From IMG/VR virus record IMGVR_UViG_2124908045_000001, positions 1 through 57,022 of that record: 57,022 nt of DNA. The stretch is one strand, 5' to 3'. The position numbers and the translations under genes are program-made. Origin of the DNA: a virus (Duplodnaviria; Caudoviricetes). Positions 45,294-55,731 of this stretch are shown one piece after another; position 1 is the first letter of the stretch; the number at the start of each line of letters is the position of its first letter. The notes beneath the pieces are model-generated. The model did not search any database and was not told the origin of the DNA. It was given only the letters and a program-made list of their open reading frames with translations.

Positions 45294-46763
45294 ATGCTTG
45301 TAGCGCTTCCAACCTTTGCTGGCGACTGCCACCAGCTTTGCAGGCTCCTGCGCTGGATTGAAAAGCTCGACGGCAAGCTGGTGAATCATGATGCGTTGCT
45401 GGCGTTTGACGCGGGCACGCCGTTTGACGCCGCAATGGAAGCACAACGCATCGCGGAACGAATCTTTCGTGAGGTGCGCGTGTTCAGCACGGAGACAAGC
45501 GTGAAGGGCTGGCCAATCGGGCCGAACGTCATGTTTCACGCAATTGCCAAATACGTGCAGGAACATTGGCCGCAGCCGTTTCTGCTGATGGAGCCGGATG
45601 CGGCGCCAATCAGGCCGGGATGGTTGCCAACAATTGAATTGGATTACCAATGCCGGGAAACACCGTTCATGGGCCAGATTGAACCATGCACCCAGCCCAT
45701 GATGCCAGAGCGCATCATGTCAGGCGTGGCAATTTACCCGCCTGACACGGCGAATCGCATTCCGCCTACGCTGGCGTCCAGGCGCGCATGGCAAGTCGAT
45801 GCTGCGGAAATCATGGTGCGTGACGGCTCGCACACACCACTCATCAAGGATTTCTTTGGACAGCGCGATCTGCCGCCAGTGTTTGTGGAGTCACGCCGGC
45901 CAGATTCACCCGCGCATCACTTCACGCTGGATTGGTTGCCTAGGGAGGCTGTGCTTTATCACCGAGACAAGTTCGGGGGGCTGTTCCCACTTTTAGCCAA
46001 GAAGCTGGGCATTGAGTGGGTAGAGGAAATGGAGAAACCAAAGCAGAATAAAATCTGCGTCGTGTTCAATGTGCATCGTGGGGATATTCATTTAGCGACC
46101 CGGCACGCTCTTTGGTTGCGGAAGATGAATCAGCGATGGCCCCACCGTGCAGTGATAGCGTTCGATCCCACTCTGGCCAGCGGTCTAATCAATCAATTGC
46201 ACGGCTTGCTGGCGGAATGCTTTGAAACGGTGGAAATCTTTTCTTACCCTAGTCCCCCCATCCCAAGCTATCCAGCATCAGCAAATTGGGCATGGCAAAG
46301 TTGCGCGCACCACATGGCGCAAGGAACGTCGCCGTGGTTATGGCATGAGGCGGACGCGATTGCCCTCACACCGGATTGGCTGGACAAGTTGCAAGCCGAG
46401 TATGAAGCCTGCGGCCGCAGTTGGATGGGTTCCATAGTGCCCCACATGGGGCATTGCAATGGTGGCGCCATTTATCCAGCCGATGCTGCTCACAGAATGC
46501 CGGGAGCGATGAGTTGCGGTGCTGGGCAGGCGTTCGATATGCAGACGCAGGAAGTGATTCACGACACTCACAATTCACGGCTCATGTTTCATCTTTGGAC
46601 GTTGGTTGGCCGAATGGCGCATCCGGTTGGTGGTGGTGAACTTCCCGTAAACGTGACTGCCGACGAATTGCGCAGATGGCTCCCGAAAGAAAGTGTATTC
46701 CTCCACCGCATCAAGGATGATTCAGTTCTCAACGCGCTCCTCACGGGCGCATACCAACATTGA
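45294..46763 (+). CDS. Tandem two-domain glycosyltransferase-like protein
   Basis: Internal duplication: MEPDAAPIRPGWL...FMG...SGVAIYP / HEADAIALTPDWL...WMG...NGGAIYP. Confidence 0.6.
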   Translation: MLVALPTFAGDCHQLCRLLRWIEKLDGKLVNHDALLAFDAGTPFDAAMEAQRIAERIFREVRVFSTETSVKGWPIGPNVMFHAIAKYVQEHWPQPFLLMEPDAAPIRPGWLPTIELDYQCRETPFMGQIEPCTQPMMPERIMSGVAIYPPDTANRIPPTLASRRAWQVDAAEIMVRDGSHTPLIKDFFGQRDLPPVFVESRRPDSPAHHFTLDWLPREAVLYHRDKFGGLFPLLAKKLGIEWVEEMEKPKQNKICVVFNVHRGDIHLATRHALWLRKMNQRWPHRAVIAFDPTLASGLINQLHGLLAECFETVEIFSYPSPPIPSYPASANWAWQSCAHHMAQGTSPWLWHEADAIALTPDWLDKLQAEYEACGRSWMGSIVPHMGHCNGGAIYPADAAHRMPGAMSCGAGQAFDMQTQEVIHDTHNSRLMFHLWTLVGRMAHPVGGGELPVNVTADELRRWLPKESVFLHRIKDDSVLNALLTGAYQH

Positions 46764-47611
46764 ACACGGCATTACTCTGGAACACCTACCGGAACGATCT
46801 TGAGTGGTTCAGGATTTCGGCGCGCTCCTTCACGAAATTCGCGCGCGGTTGGGATACTGTGCGGTGTATCATTCCAAACGCGGACGTGGATTTGTTCCGA
46901 CCGATTTGTGAGGAGCATAGAATTGAACTTCAGGGCGGCGATGAGTGGCCGGGGCGCGGGTTCAATTGGCACCAGCACATGACTTGTCACGCTGACGAAT
47001 TCCTGCCGGGCGCTGAAGTGATTTTCCACATTGATGGTGACACCGTGTTTGCTCAGGAGTGCTCCCCGGCTGACTGGCTTCCAGACGGCAAGATTCTCCA
47101 ACCATTCACGGAATATCGGCATTTCCTGCAAGGCCCGGTGCCGCTGGATGCCGAGAAAACCTTCATGGGTTTCACAGGAAAAACGTTCGACATGAACCGC
47201 AACCAGTACATGTGGAAATTCGCGGTGGACTACGCGCTGGGCTGGTCAGCGGAGCGGGAGTGTATGCCGTGGATGCCGATGGTGAACCATCGCGACGTTT
47301 ACGCCAAAACTCGTGAGGTAATTTCTACACGGTTCCCGGATCAGGGCTTCGACGGCTACGTGCATGAATGCCGCAACGAGTTTCCGCAATCATTTTGCGA
47401 GTTCAATACACTCGGCGCGGTGGCGCACAAATTCTTTGAGGACAAGTATGAATGGTACGATTTGTTTGAGCGACCATATCCATTTTACGGCAAGGTGATT
47501 CAATCATGGAGTCCCGGGGGTATGGAGAAAGAGCACAATTACGGCCCACAGGTGCCAACGCCGGAAATCAACTGCCCGCGCAAACTGTTTCAACATTTGG
47601 GATTGATGTGA
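46760..47611 (+). CDS. Glycosyltransferase-like (GT-A, DxD) protein
   Basis: TYRNDLEW...HADEF...IFHIDGD...FCEFNTLG. Confidence 0.65.
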   Translation: MNTALLWNTYRNDLEWFRISARSFTKFARGWDTVRCIIPNADVDLFRPICEEHRIELQGGDEWPGRGFNWHQHMTCHADEFLPGAEVIFHIDGDTVFAQECSPADWLPDGKILQPFTEYRHFLQGPVPLDAEKTFMGFTGKTFDMNRNQYMWKFAVDYALGWSAERECMPWMPMVNHRDVYAKTREVISTRFPDQGFDGYVHECRNEFPQSFCEFNTLGAVAHKFFEDKYEWYDLFERPYPFYGKVIQSWSPGGMEKEHNYGPQVPTPEINCPRKLFQHLGLM

Positions 47612-48111
47612 TGGGAATGACTCCTGAAATGTCCGTGGCTACGCAATGGCAGTCGCACCTCCCCGCGCTCCTCGCCTGCATTGCCGTGACGGCGGGCGAT
47701 GTCCTGGAACTCGGCATCGGCCACTTCTCCACGCCGCACTTGCACGCGCTCTGTCTGGCTTCTGGACGTACGTTGGTGTCTGTCGAGCCGGACCAAGCAT
47801 GGCTTTCGGAATTCAAGGCGCGCTACGGGAGCCAGATGCACTGGTTCAGTTACGTGGTGCCGGACAAACGATTTTCGGTGGCGCTGGTGGATCACCCACC
47901 AGGCGGCGCAAATCGCGCTGAAGCGTTCAAGCAATTGATTGAAGTCAGCGAGTTCGTAGTCGTCCACGACGCGCAGAAAGACGCGGAGAACTTTCAGCAC
48001 ATTGAGCCGATGTTGAAAGGGTTGAACTGGCATCTCTGCACTGGTTATTTTCCACACACGCTCATCGTTAGCAAAACACGTCAAATCCCGGAAGTATTGA
48101 AAGGCATGTAG
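47611..48111 (+). CDS. Class I SAM-dependent methyltransferase
   Basis: VLELGIGHFST...LVSVE...VVHD. Confidence 0.75.
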   Translation: MGMTPEMSVATQWQSHLPALLACIAVTAGDVLELGIGHFSTPHLHALCLASGRTLVSVEPDQAWLSEFKARYGSQMHWFSYVVPDKRFSVALVDHPPGGANRAEAFKQLIEVSEFVVVHDAQKDAENFQHIEPMLKGLNWHLCTGYFPHTLIVSKTRQIPEVLKGM

Positions 48112-48112
48112 T

Positions 48113-48397
48113 ATGAAGACCAATCAGGAAATCATTGACCGCTTTGAACAGGGGCTAAAAGCGGCATTCAACAACACCGACAGACCGGAAAATCGCGCTC
48201 TTATTTATCTGGGAGCGTCAGAGGCCATTTTGTTGGCCATGCAGGCATTGAGGGAAAGCAGCATACCAGAAGACCAGCAGGCACCGCTGCGTACATCCTT
48301 GAGTCGCATCGGCAACATTGCCTGTGATGGTGCGAGCAGTGCAGTGAAAGTATTTCTGAAGCTGCCGTGGTGGAAAAAGATCGTGAGGTGGGTGTAA
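48113..48397 (+). CDS. Hypothetical protein
   Basis: In operon. Confidence 0.55.
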   Translation: MKTNQEIIDRFEQGLKAAFNNTDRPENRALIYLGASEAILLAMQALRESSIPEDQQAPLRTSLSRIGNIACDGASSAVKVFLKLPWWKKIVRWV

Positions 48398-49149
48398 TGG
48401 CAACAACTTCTGAATGGCATGACCGCGTAACCGCCTCCATCGGCGGCGCGGAGAATTACGGGAAAGGCATCTGGCCGAATCCGTGGATACCCAGGCATCC
48501 TGAGTTTCTACGGCGCATTTCTTCTGGTGCATTGCGCGATGAACTCACCCATAAAATACAGAGCCTGTTTGAGCCGCGCTTTATTACGGGTGTTGAAACT
48601 TGCGAACTTATGGAGTCACTAATCCTGATGATTGGCGCGACGCAGATTCTCGAACTTGGAATGCACACCGGATTCGGCTCGCTTCACATGCTGCGGGCCA
48701 TTGTCGGTAAGGAAGGCGCAAGACTCGTGTCAATCGACGCACGACCAACCCACGACCGGGAGTTCTTCGCGCAGCTGGAAATCGCCAAGCACTTCGAGTT
48801 CCGGCAGGGATGGACGCCAGACTGCTTGCGGGAACTGTTCGGCAGGAAATTCGATTTCGTGTTCGTGGATAGCGCCCACGATTTGGACCACACACAACGA
48901 GAGATGGCGGCACTGGAGCCATTGATTCACGCCGGGACGATGATATGTGGCCATGACGTGCCGGAATGGAAAACACCCAGCCAGAGGTTCGCGCCTCCCG
49001 TTCGCCTGTTTTTTGAAAGCCTGATTAAAGAAGGGAAATACAGCGGCATGATTTTACCCAGCCCGAACCAACTCGATTGCGAGGAGGAATACGGGAGGGG
49101 CTATGATTCTCGCTGCAATCCAGGATTGGCCGTCTTGATTCGCAAATGA
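48397..49149 (+). CDS. Class I SAM-dependent methyltransferase (Methyltransf_24-like)
   Basis: ILELGMHTGFGS...FDFVFVDSAH...ICGHD. Confidence 0.85.
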   Translation: MATTSEWHDRVTASIGGAENYGKGIWPNPWIPRHPEFLRRISSGALRDELTHKIQSLFEPRFITGVETCELMESLILMIGATQILELGMHTGFGSLHMLRAIVGKEGARLVSIDARPTHDREFFAQLEIAKHFEFRQGWTPDCLRELFGRKFDFVFVDSAHDLDHTQREMAALEPLIHAGTMICGHDVPEWKTPSQRFAPPVRLFFESLIKEGKYSGMILPSPNQLDCEEEYGRGYDSRCNPGLAVLIRK

Positions 49150-49458
49150 CTACGGCATTGTGCATCACCGTGCTAACACCTGCGCTGACGCTGACGCTGT
49201 TGTGGTTGGTGATTACAGCGCTGGAAATGCGTGCTCACCACGATGAGAACGGGGATGATTGCGACCCATGAAATTGAGCGAGCCAGCGCTTGGCAAATGC
49301 CCCACCTGTGGCGACCAGCTTCTGGAAACGCGCGGGCGTTATCCTGACAAGCCACGACGGACGGTGTGCCCAACGTGCAATGCGGATTTACTTGATGACT
49401 TGAGGCAATTGCTGGAGCGCAAATATGAACCGACGCCGGAAGCAAAGCCGCCGTGTTT

Positions 49459-50100
49459 ATGATTGCAGTGAGTTCATTTCGGCCATTTGACTGTGATGAG
49501 ACAGGCGAGTACCAAATCAATCAAGTGGCAGCGTTTCGCACATGGCAGCGAGTGTTTTCAAAGATTGTTTATTTTAATGCCTTCGAGCCACAACTGGATT
49601 CACCGAAGACAATCTTTATTCCATCTGAACGCTACCCGAGAATTTTAGACCTCGTGGAGATGTGCGCTTCCCAGACCGAATGGTGCTGCATTCTTAATTC
49701 CGACATCGTAATCGGGCCGGGCTTCCCGCTCGTTGAAGCCAAGCTCAAAGCCCGTCACGCCACTTGCGCCTCAAGCTGGCGCTACAACTTCGACCCGGCT
49801 GTGGGCATTCACAGCGGGGTGCATGATGATAATGGGTTGGATTTCTTTGCGGCGGTGCCGATGGTCTGGTCGCATGTTTACGAGATGATTGACGAACGCC
49901 TCTGTATTTCCGCAGGCGGCTGGGACCAATTCATGTTGTCGCACTTTTGTACTTTCTTTCAGACATCGTTTTGGGATATTACACCTACGAAAGTTATACT
50001 TCATCCGAGGCACTCAGGAAGAGTGCATGGCCCTCGGGTGCTCATGGATACCGTTCAGACGTACAACTGGCCGACGATGACCTCAGCAAAAATCACTTAG
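49459..50100 (+). CDS. Glycosyltransferase-like protein
   Basis: ILNSDI...GLDFF...GGWD...LHPRH. Confidence 0.55.
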   Translation: MIAVSSFRPFDCDETGEYQINQVAAFRTWQRVFSKIVYFNAFEPQLDSPKTIFIPSERYPRILDLVEMCASQTEWCCILNSDIVIGPGFPLVEAKLKARHATCASSWRYNFDPAVGIHSGVHDDNGLDFFAAVPMVWSHVYEMIDERLCISAGGWDQFMLSHFCTFFQTSFWDITPTKVILHPRHSGRVHGPRVLMDTVQTYNWPTMTSAKIT

Positions 50101-50157
50101 TCAAAACCGCGTAATTCCTTCTCGCCACCCGCACCCACCTTGGTATGGTGCGGTTCG

Positions 50158-52542
50158 ATGAAGTGGGAATCCGCTCAGGATATTGAGGCGTTGGTGTGGG
50201 CGATGAAAAACGCTGACTTGCCGCGCTCCACCAATCGTGCTTTGGTGGATCAATTGTTCAACGGCGGTGCGCCCTACAGCGACCAGCAGGTGGAGCAGCG
50301 GAACATCGAGGTCAATTACAATGACCTGACAGCCACCAAAGTTCACCGCGATGCGTGTTCTCAGGCGGAAACTGCCGTGTTTGCCCCATCACAGTATTTC
50401 TCCGTCAAGGTGGATCGCGGCCCCAAACACAAGCGCGAGGAGTGGTCGCAAATCATCACCTCGAAATGGCGTCGCGCGATGAAGGATGGTGTGTCCGCGT
50501 TGAAGTACTACCAGCACCAGCGCAACGTGATTGCGCAGGTGATGCTGCACGGTGTTGGCCCAATGCTCTGGCCAAACAAGGAAATGTGGTGTCCCGAGAT
50601 GCAGGCCGTCGCGGACGTGCTGGTGCCGTCGCAGACGCTGCTTACGATGGAAAACCTTTCGTACTTCGCCGTCTACACCCGCTACACCGCGTGGCAGCTT
50701 TATCGGCAGACGCACGGGCCGCGCGTGGACCCTGGATGGAACATTGAAGTGGCCGACGATTGCATTCGCTGGGCCATGCAGCAGTGGGGCCAAACGACGA
50801 GCACCAACTACGTGTACTCGCCCGAACGTTGGGAAGAAGATATCAAGGCGAACAGCGGTCAGTTCGATTCCGATGCGGTGCCGACCATCAATTGCTGGAA
50901 ATTCTTTGCCCTGGATGACCGCCAGAAAGAATCCGGCTGGAAGCTCAAGATTGTGCTGGATACGCCATCCCGAGGCGAGTCGCGCAGCTTCGACCGTGAC
51001 ACAAACCCAGCGCCCAACAAGGCCACGAAGAACTTTCTCGACCAGCGCGGCCAGTTTCTTTACGACGGCGGCAATAGAAATTATGCTCCCAAGCTCAGCG
51101 AGATTATTCACTGGCAGTTTGGCGATGGTTCAGTGGTGGCCCCGTTCCGTTACCATTCAGTTCGTTCCCTCGGCTGGCTTCTCTATTCCGTTTGCCATAT
51201 CCAAAACCGGCTCCGCTGCGCGCTCACGGAAGCCGCGTTCGAGGCGTGTATGCAGTATTTCCGGGTCAACAACCCCGACGACACACAGCGTGCGATCAAA
51301 GTGAATCTGATTAACCGAGGCATCATCCCGGACGGGGTGAACTTCGTGCCGATTCAGGATCGTTGGAAAGTGGATGCCAATCTGGTTGGTGAGGTCATGG
51401 CGCTGAACCGCCAGAGCATTGCGGACAACTCGACGGCCTATACCAAGAACTTCGGCTACGGCGAGGAACAGGGGCCGGAAAAGACCGCCACCCAAATCAC
51501 CGCCGAAGTCAACGCCGCCACCGCATTGGTGGGCAGCATGTTGGAACAGCTTTACATCCAGCGCAAATTTCAAGGCCGCGAGATTGGCCGGCGCTTCTGC
51601 ATCAGGAACAGTAAAGACCCGGACGTGCGCAAGTTTCGCGTGGAATGCCTCAAGGATGGCGTGCCCGAGGAAATCCTGAATGTAGATTGCTGGGACATCT
51701 ACGTGGAGAAGGTGGGTGGCAACGGCAATATCCAGCTTGCCTTGGCGCAGGCGCAGATGGTGATGTCGCAATACCCGTTGCTCGATCCGAATGCGCAACG
51801 GGTGGCGCTGCGCGACTTCATGTTTGCGGCCACACGGGATGCCGACAAGACCAAGCTGCTGGTGCCAGAGGAACCCGTGCTGACGACGAAATCCGTTCAC
51901 GATGCCCAAGTGAGTGTGGCAACGTTGCTCTCGGCACAGCCGATGGGTCTGGTTGAAGGCGTGAGCCACAGCGAATACGCCGCCACACTATTGGGCGCGC
52001 TGAACGTCGAAGTGCAGAAGGTCAACCAGCGCGGCGGCGTGGCGACAATGGAAGAACTCGCGGGGTTGCAGAATCTCGCTGGCCAAACAATCGAGGGCCA
52101 ACCCATCGAAGGCAACGGCGCTGCGAATCACATTACGATTCTCGAACAGGATAAGGGCAGCAAGCAATTGGTGAAGCAGCTTGGCGATTTGCTGGGTGGA
52201 CTCATGAATCAGATCAAGGCGTTTGCGCAGAGGCTTCAGGAACAGCAGGGCCAGCAGAATGGCAACGGGACGCCGGAACTCGATCCAGAAACGGCGGTGA
52301 AGTTGAAAGGAAAACTCCTCACCGACCAAGCCAAAGCCGCCAATATGCGGGAGAGCCATGCGCAACGCTCACAGCAGCGGGCCGAGATTCACGCGCAGAA
52401 GCTCAGCGAGGATCAAGAGCGGGCATCGCTGGAAAATGCGAAGGAACTACGCAGGGTGCAGGTGGAAGAAGCTGCCACCGATTTGAAGACGGCTGGCGCG
52501 ATTCAACGCGAGGCTTCACAGCCAACGGCGGTGCAGGAATAA
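50158..52542 (+). CDS. Portal protein (P22/podovirus-like, long C-terminal coiled coil)
   Basis: About 795 aa; EKTATQI motif; upstream of scaffold and capsid. Confidence 0.8.
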   Translation: MKWESAQDIEALVWAMKNADLPRSTNRALVDQLFNGGAPYSDQQVEQRNIEVNYNDLTATKVHRDACSQAETAVFAPSQYFSVKVDRGPKHKREEWSQIITSKWRRAMKDGVSALKYYQHQRNVIAQVMLHGVGPMLWPNKEMWCPEMQAVADVLVPSQTLLTMENLSYFAVYTRYTAWQLYRQTHGPRVDPGWNIEVADDCIRWAMQQWGQTTSTNYVYSPERWEEDIKANSGQFDSDAVPTINCWKFFALDDRQKESGWKLKIVLDTPSRGESRSFDRDTNPAPNKATKNFLDQRGQFLYDGGNRNYAPKLSEIIHWQFGDGSVVAPFRYHSVRSLGWLLYSVCHIQNRLRCALTEAAFEACMQYFRVNNPDDTQRAIKVNLINRGIIPDGVNFVPIQDRWKVDANLVGEVMALNRQSIADNSTAYTKNFGYGEEQGPEKTATQITAEVNAATALVGSMLEQLYIQRKFQGREIGRRFCIRNSKDPDVRKFRVECLKDGVPEEILNVDCWDIYVEKVGGNGNIQLALAQAQMVMSQYPLLDPNAQRVALRDFMFAATRDADKTKLLVPEEPVLTTKSVHDAQVSVATLLSAQPMGLVEGVSHSEYAATLLGALNVEVQKVNQRGGVATMEELAGLQNLAGQTIEGQPIEGNGAANHITILEQDKGSKQLVKQLGDLLGGLMNQIKAFAQRLQEQQGQQNGNGTPELDPETAVKLKGKLLTDQAKAANMRESHAQRSQQRAEIHAQKLSEDQERASLENAKELRRVQVEEAATDLKTAGAIQREASQPTAVQE

Positions 52543-52583
52543 ATAAGCGTGACACGGCAGTGGGCGCGTGCTTGAGTTCTGGA

Positions 52584-52853
52584 ATGGAATCACCGAAGGC
52601 CCGCTTTCTCAAGAGCACCCACGCCAAACAGTTCAACGACCTCACGCAAAGCCCGATTTGGGATGAGGCATGTGATGTGGCGATGCTCCAGTACGTTTAT
52701 GGTTGCCATCATTCCAATGACGCCGAGAGCGCCGCCGCCAGAGATTTCCAGCGGCAGGGCGCACAGCGGTTCCTGCACATCCTGCGCAACATCGGCAAGC
52801 CGGATGAAGCGCCAAGCCGCGAGCAGATTGGGCAATTGAAGCCAACGGCATGA
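52584..52853 (+). CDS. Small protein after portal (Bbp19-like position)
   Basis: RQGAQRFLHIL pattern; position. Confidence 0.55.
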   Translation: MESPKARFLKSTHAKQFNDLTQSPIWDEACDVAMLQYVYGCHHSNDAESAAARDFQRQGAQRFLHILRNIGKPDEAPSREQIGQLKPTA

Positions 52854-53617
52854 GTCGTATTATTGTCTGGTTCTCGTGTGGCGCGGCATCGGCAGTGGCC
52901 AGCAAGAAGACCATTGAATTGTTTCCTAACCGTGAAGTGCTGATCGTTTGCTGCGACACGCGACCCAGTGAGCACCCTGACAATTATCGGTTCAGTGCGG
53001 ATGTGGAGCGGTGGCTGTCCCAGCCAATCGTTTTCATCCGTAATTCCGAATTTGAAACTGTAGATGACGTGTTTGCGGTGCGCCGCTACATGAGTGGCAC
53101 GAAGGGTGCCCGATGTACTGGTGAATTGAAAAAGATTCCACGTATCCTGTTTGCGCGCCCGGACGATGAACACGTTTTTGGATTCACTTTCGACGAATAT
53201 CGCCGCCGCGTACTTCCATTTGAAACACGCAATCCAGCGCTGCGCCTGATGCACCCGCTCTACTGGCTTGGAATCACGAAACAGGATTGTTACCAGCAAA
53301 TTCAGGAAGCAGGTATCGAACTCCCTGCCATGTACCGGCTAGGTTTCAACAACAACAATTGTCCCGGCTGCGTAAAAGCGTCTTCGCCTTGGTACTGGTC
53401 GATGGTGCGCAAACACTTCCCGGAAGTGTTCAAGCGACGCTGCGAGCAGTCTCGCGAGCTTGGCGTGCGCCTTGTAGAAATTCATCAGCACGACCGAATC
53501 TTTCTTGATGAACTTCCTGAGCAAGAATTCAAGCCGCCACGCAAAAAGGAGAACCTGTCATGCGGGCCTGAATGTGGAGCGTCACGCTTATCTATTGCCT
53601 TGCGCGGAAATACGTAG
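52850..53617 (+). CDS. PAPS-reductase-family (PP-loop) protein
   Basis: VWFSCGAASAVA...RCTGELK...NNNCPGCVK. Confidence 0.85.
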   Translation: MSRIIVWFSCGAASAVASKKTIELFPNREVLIVCCDTRPSEHPDNYRFSADVERWLSQPIVFIRNSEFETVDDVFAVRRYMSGTKGARCTGELKKIPRILFARPDDEHVFGFTFDEYRRRVLPFETRNPALRLMHPLYWLGITKQDCYQQIQEAGIELPAMYRLGFNNNNCPGCVKASSPWYWSMVRKHFPEVFKRRCEQSRELGVRLVEIHQHDRIFLDELPEQEFKPPRKKENLSCGPECGASRLSIALRGNT

Positions 53618-53629
53618 CAAGCTGTCGGC

Positions 53630-54865
53630 ATGGCTGATGAAACCACCGCAGTATTGGATGCACCCCCACCGAGCACCCCAACCGGCATGGAGCCGATGGA
53701 ATCTCCATTGGACAAGTTCGATGACAAACCGCCCGTAAAAGAAGCCAAGCCGGAAGGCACCCAGATTGACAAGCCGCAGACGGTTCAGCTTCCATCCAAA
53801 CCAGACGCCAAGGAGGAAAAAGGAAAGGCCGCGCCCAAGCCAGAGGATAAAAATCCAGAGGAGAAGAAACCAGAGAAGGCGGAAGCCAGGCCCGCAGAAA
53901 AGGCAGAGGAAGTCGATACCGGGAAGATGGCCCCCAAGGCCCTGCGCGAGGCGTATGACAAGCTGAAGCGCGAGATGAAAGAGCGCGAGGCCAAGTACGC
54001 CACGGAACTGGACACCGTTCGCAAATCCACTGCGCCCAAAGACGATCCTGAGAAAGCTGAACTGGCCAAGCGCTACGAAGAACTGGAGAAACGGCACAAG
54101 GCGCTGGACGAGCAGATGCGCTACGTCGATTACACCAAGTCCGAGGCGTTCCAGAAAGAGCACTACCAACCCTACGTGGAGAAATATCAGGATGCTGCCG
54201 CCCGCGTGCTGGCGTGGCGCGCGTTCAACGACGATGGCACCACCCGCGAAACCACAGCCAAGGATTTCGAGAAGCTGCTGAGCATCACGAACGACGATGA
54301 GGCGGAAGCATTTGCCGCCAAGCTGTTCGGCTCTGATGTGAAAGCCGCCCGCGCCATCACGATCCGGGACGAGATTGTGTCAGCCGAGAAGAACATGCGC
54401 AAGGTGGCTGAGGAATACCGCAAGAACGGCATTGCCCGCGAACAGGAACATGCCAAGGCCCGAGAGCAGCGCGAGAAACAGGAATACGAGCAGTCCCTCG
54501 CGCAATGGGAAAACCTGAACAAAGGCGCACAGGAGAAATACCCGGAGTGGTTTACCGCTGCTGAGGATGATGAGAAGGGCGCTGAGTTTCTGCGCGTGGG
54601 CTACGAGAATGTGGACAAGGCGCTGGGGGCCGAGAATGGTATGCCGCGCGAGGAAGTGCTGGCCCGGCGTGCCGCCGTGCGCAATCAGGCTGGTGCATTC
54701 CGTTACATGGTCCACAAATGGGAGACGGAAAAAGCCCTACGCATTGAGCGCGAAAAGGAACTGGCCGAATTTAAGGAGAGCCAGCCCAAGCCGGGGGCGG
54801 CGAAGGGTGACAAGGCGGGTGCGGATGATGACGAGTTGCCAGCGTTGTTGAGGGATGTGGAATAG
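53630..54865 (+). CDS. Capsid scaffolding protein
   Basis: E/K/A-rich coiled coil between portal and capsid. Confidence 0.7.
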   Translation: MADETTAVLDAPPPSTPTGMEPMESPLDKFDDKPPVKEAKPEGTQIDKPQTVQLPSKPDAKEEKGKAAPKPEDKNPEEKKPEKAEARPAEKAEEVDTGKMAPKALREAYDKLKREMKEREAKYATELDTVRKSTAPKDDPEKAELAKRYEELEKRHKALDEQMRYVDYTKSEAFQKEHYQPYVEKYQDAAARVLAWRAFNDDGTTRETTAKDFEKLLSITNDDEAEAFAAKLFGSDVKAARAITIRDEIVSAEKNMRKVAEEYRKNGIAREQEHAKAREQREKQEYEQSLAQWENLNKGAQEKYPEWFTAAEDDEKGAEFLRVGYENVDKALGAENGMPREEVLARRAAVRNQAGAFRYMVHKWETEKALRIEREKELAEFKESQPKPGAAKGDKAGADDDELPALLRDVE

Positions 54866-55015
54866 GCTTGAAGAATTGTTCCGGGTGGAACAGTGTTGAG
54901 CCGCTCGGTTAAAAGCCGACTGAATGAGAACACTAATTTCGCCAGACCGCTGTTCCCGCGAGGGGCAGCACCCGCTTCAGGGGCTTTTAGGTCTGGCGTT
55001 TTCCACGTACACCAC

Positions 55016-55285
55016 ATGAGATTCGTTCAGTACCTGTTCCCTGATGGAAGAAAGCGCGAAGAGGTGATCGAAATGCCTCCTGAAATAGAGCGCAAAGCGC
55101 AGGCGTTAGAGGCTGCTGGCTGGCAGTTTGAAATCGAATGCTTTCCCGACACGCAAATGGTCCACATGGACTGCTCCAATGAAGAGCGCGTGCTGGCTAA
55201 TCGCGTTGTGAGAAACGGCCCGCAAGTGCCGATTAAAGTTGAGGAGCTTGTGAATGAGGCGGCTGCCGCTGGGGGTATTCAGTGA
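55016..55285 (+). CDS. Hypothetical protein
   Basis: FVQYLFPDGRK...FEIE. Confidence 0.6.
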   Translation: MRFVQYLFPDGRKREEVIEMPPEIERKAQALEAAGWQFEIECFPDTQMVHMDCSNEERVLANRVVRNGPQVPIKVEELVNEAAAAGGIQ

Positions 55286-55731
55286 GCAGGCCAACTCCAC
55301 TCATTCGATCACTCACGGAGATTTCATCATGGATTAAAAAGCAGTGCGCAAGATGCGAGCGTGATTTCTGGGTGTTGCCATCAAAAGTAAGTGTGGTGGT
55401 TTTCTGTGCCAAAGATTGTCGCGTGCGGCCCGCGCTGACTCGCCTGATGGCTAAAGTGGTAAAAACAGAAGATGGTCATTGGCTGTGGACGGGCGCTCTC
55501 GGTGATCATGGGTACGGCAACATCAAGGACGACAACGGAGAGCAACAGCGCGCTTCGCGACTTTCTTGGATGCTGCACGTTGGCCCAATTCCCGACGGAT
55601 TACACGTCCTTCACAAGCAATGCTGCATAGGTCACACCAACTGCATCAATCCCGAGCATCTTTATTTGGGAGATGACGGTGACAATGCGAGGGATCGCAT
55701 GGAATGCGGGCGGCATCGTTCTTATCCTTGA
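55282..55731 (+). CDS. HNH endonuclease (His-Cys/HNH_3 type)
   Basis: WLWTG...GYG...GPIPDGLHVLH...CINPEHLYLG...DN. Confidence 0.85.
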   Translation: MSRPTPLIRSLTEISSWIKKQCARCERDFWVLPSKVSVVVFCAKDCRVRPALTRLMAKVVKTEDGHWLWTGALGDHGYGNIKDDNGEQQRASRLSWMLHVGPIPDGLHVLHKQCCIGHTNCINPEHLYLGDDGDNARDRMECGRHRSYP

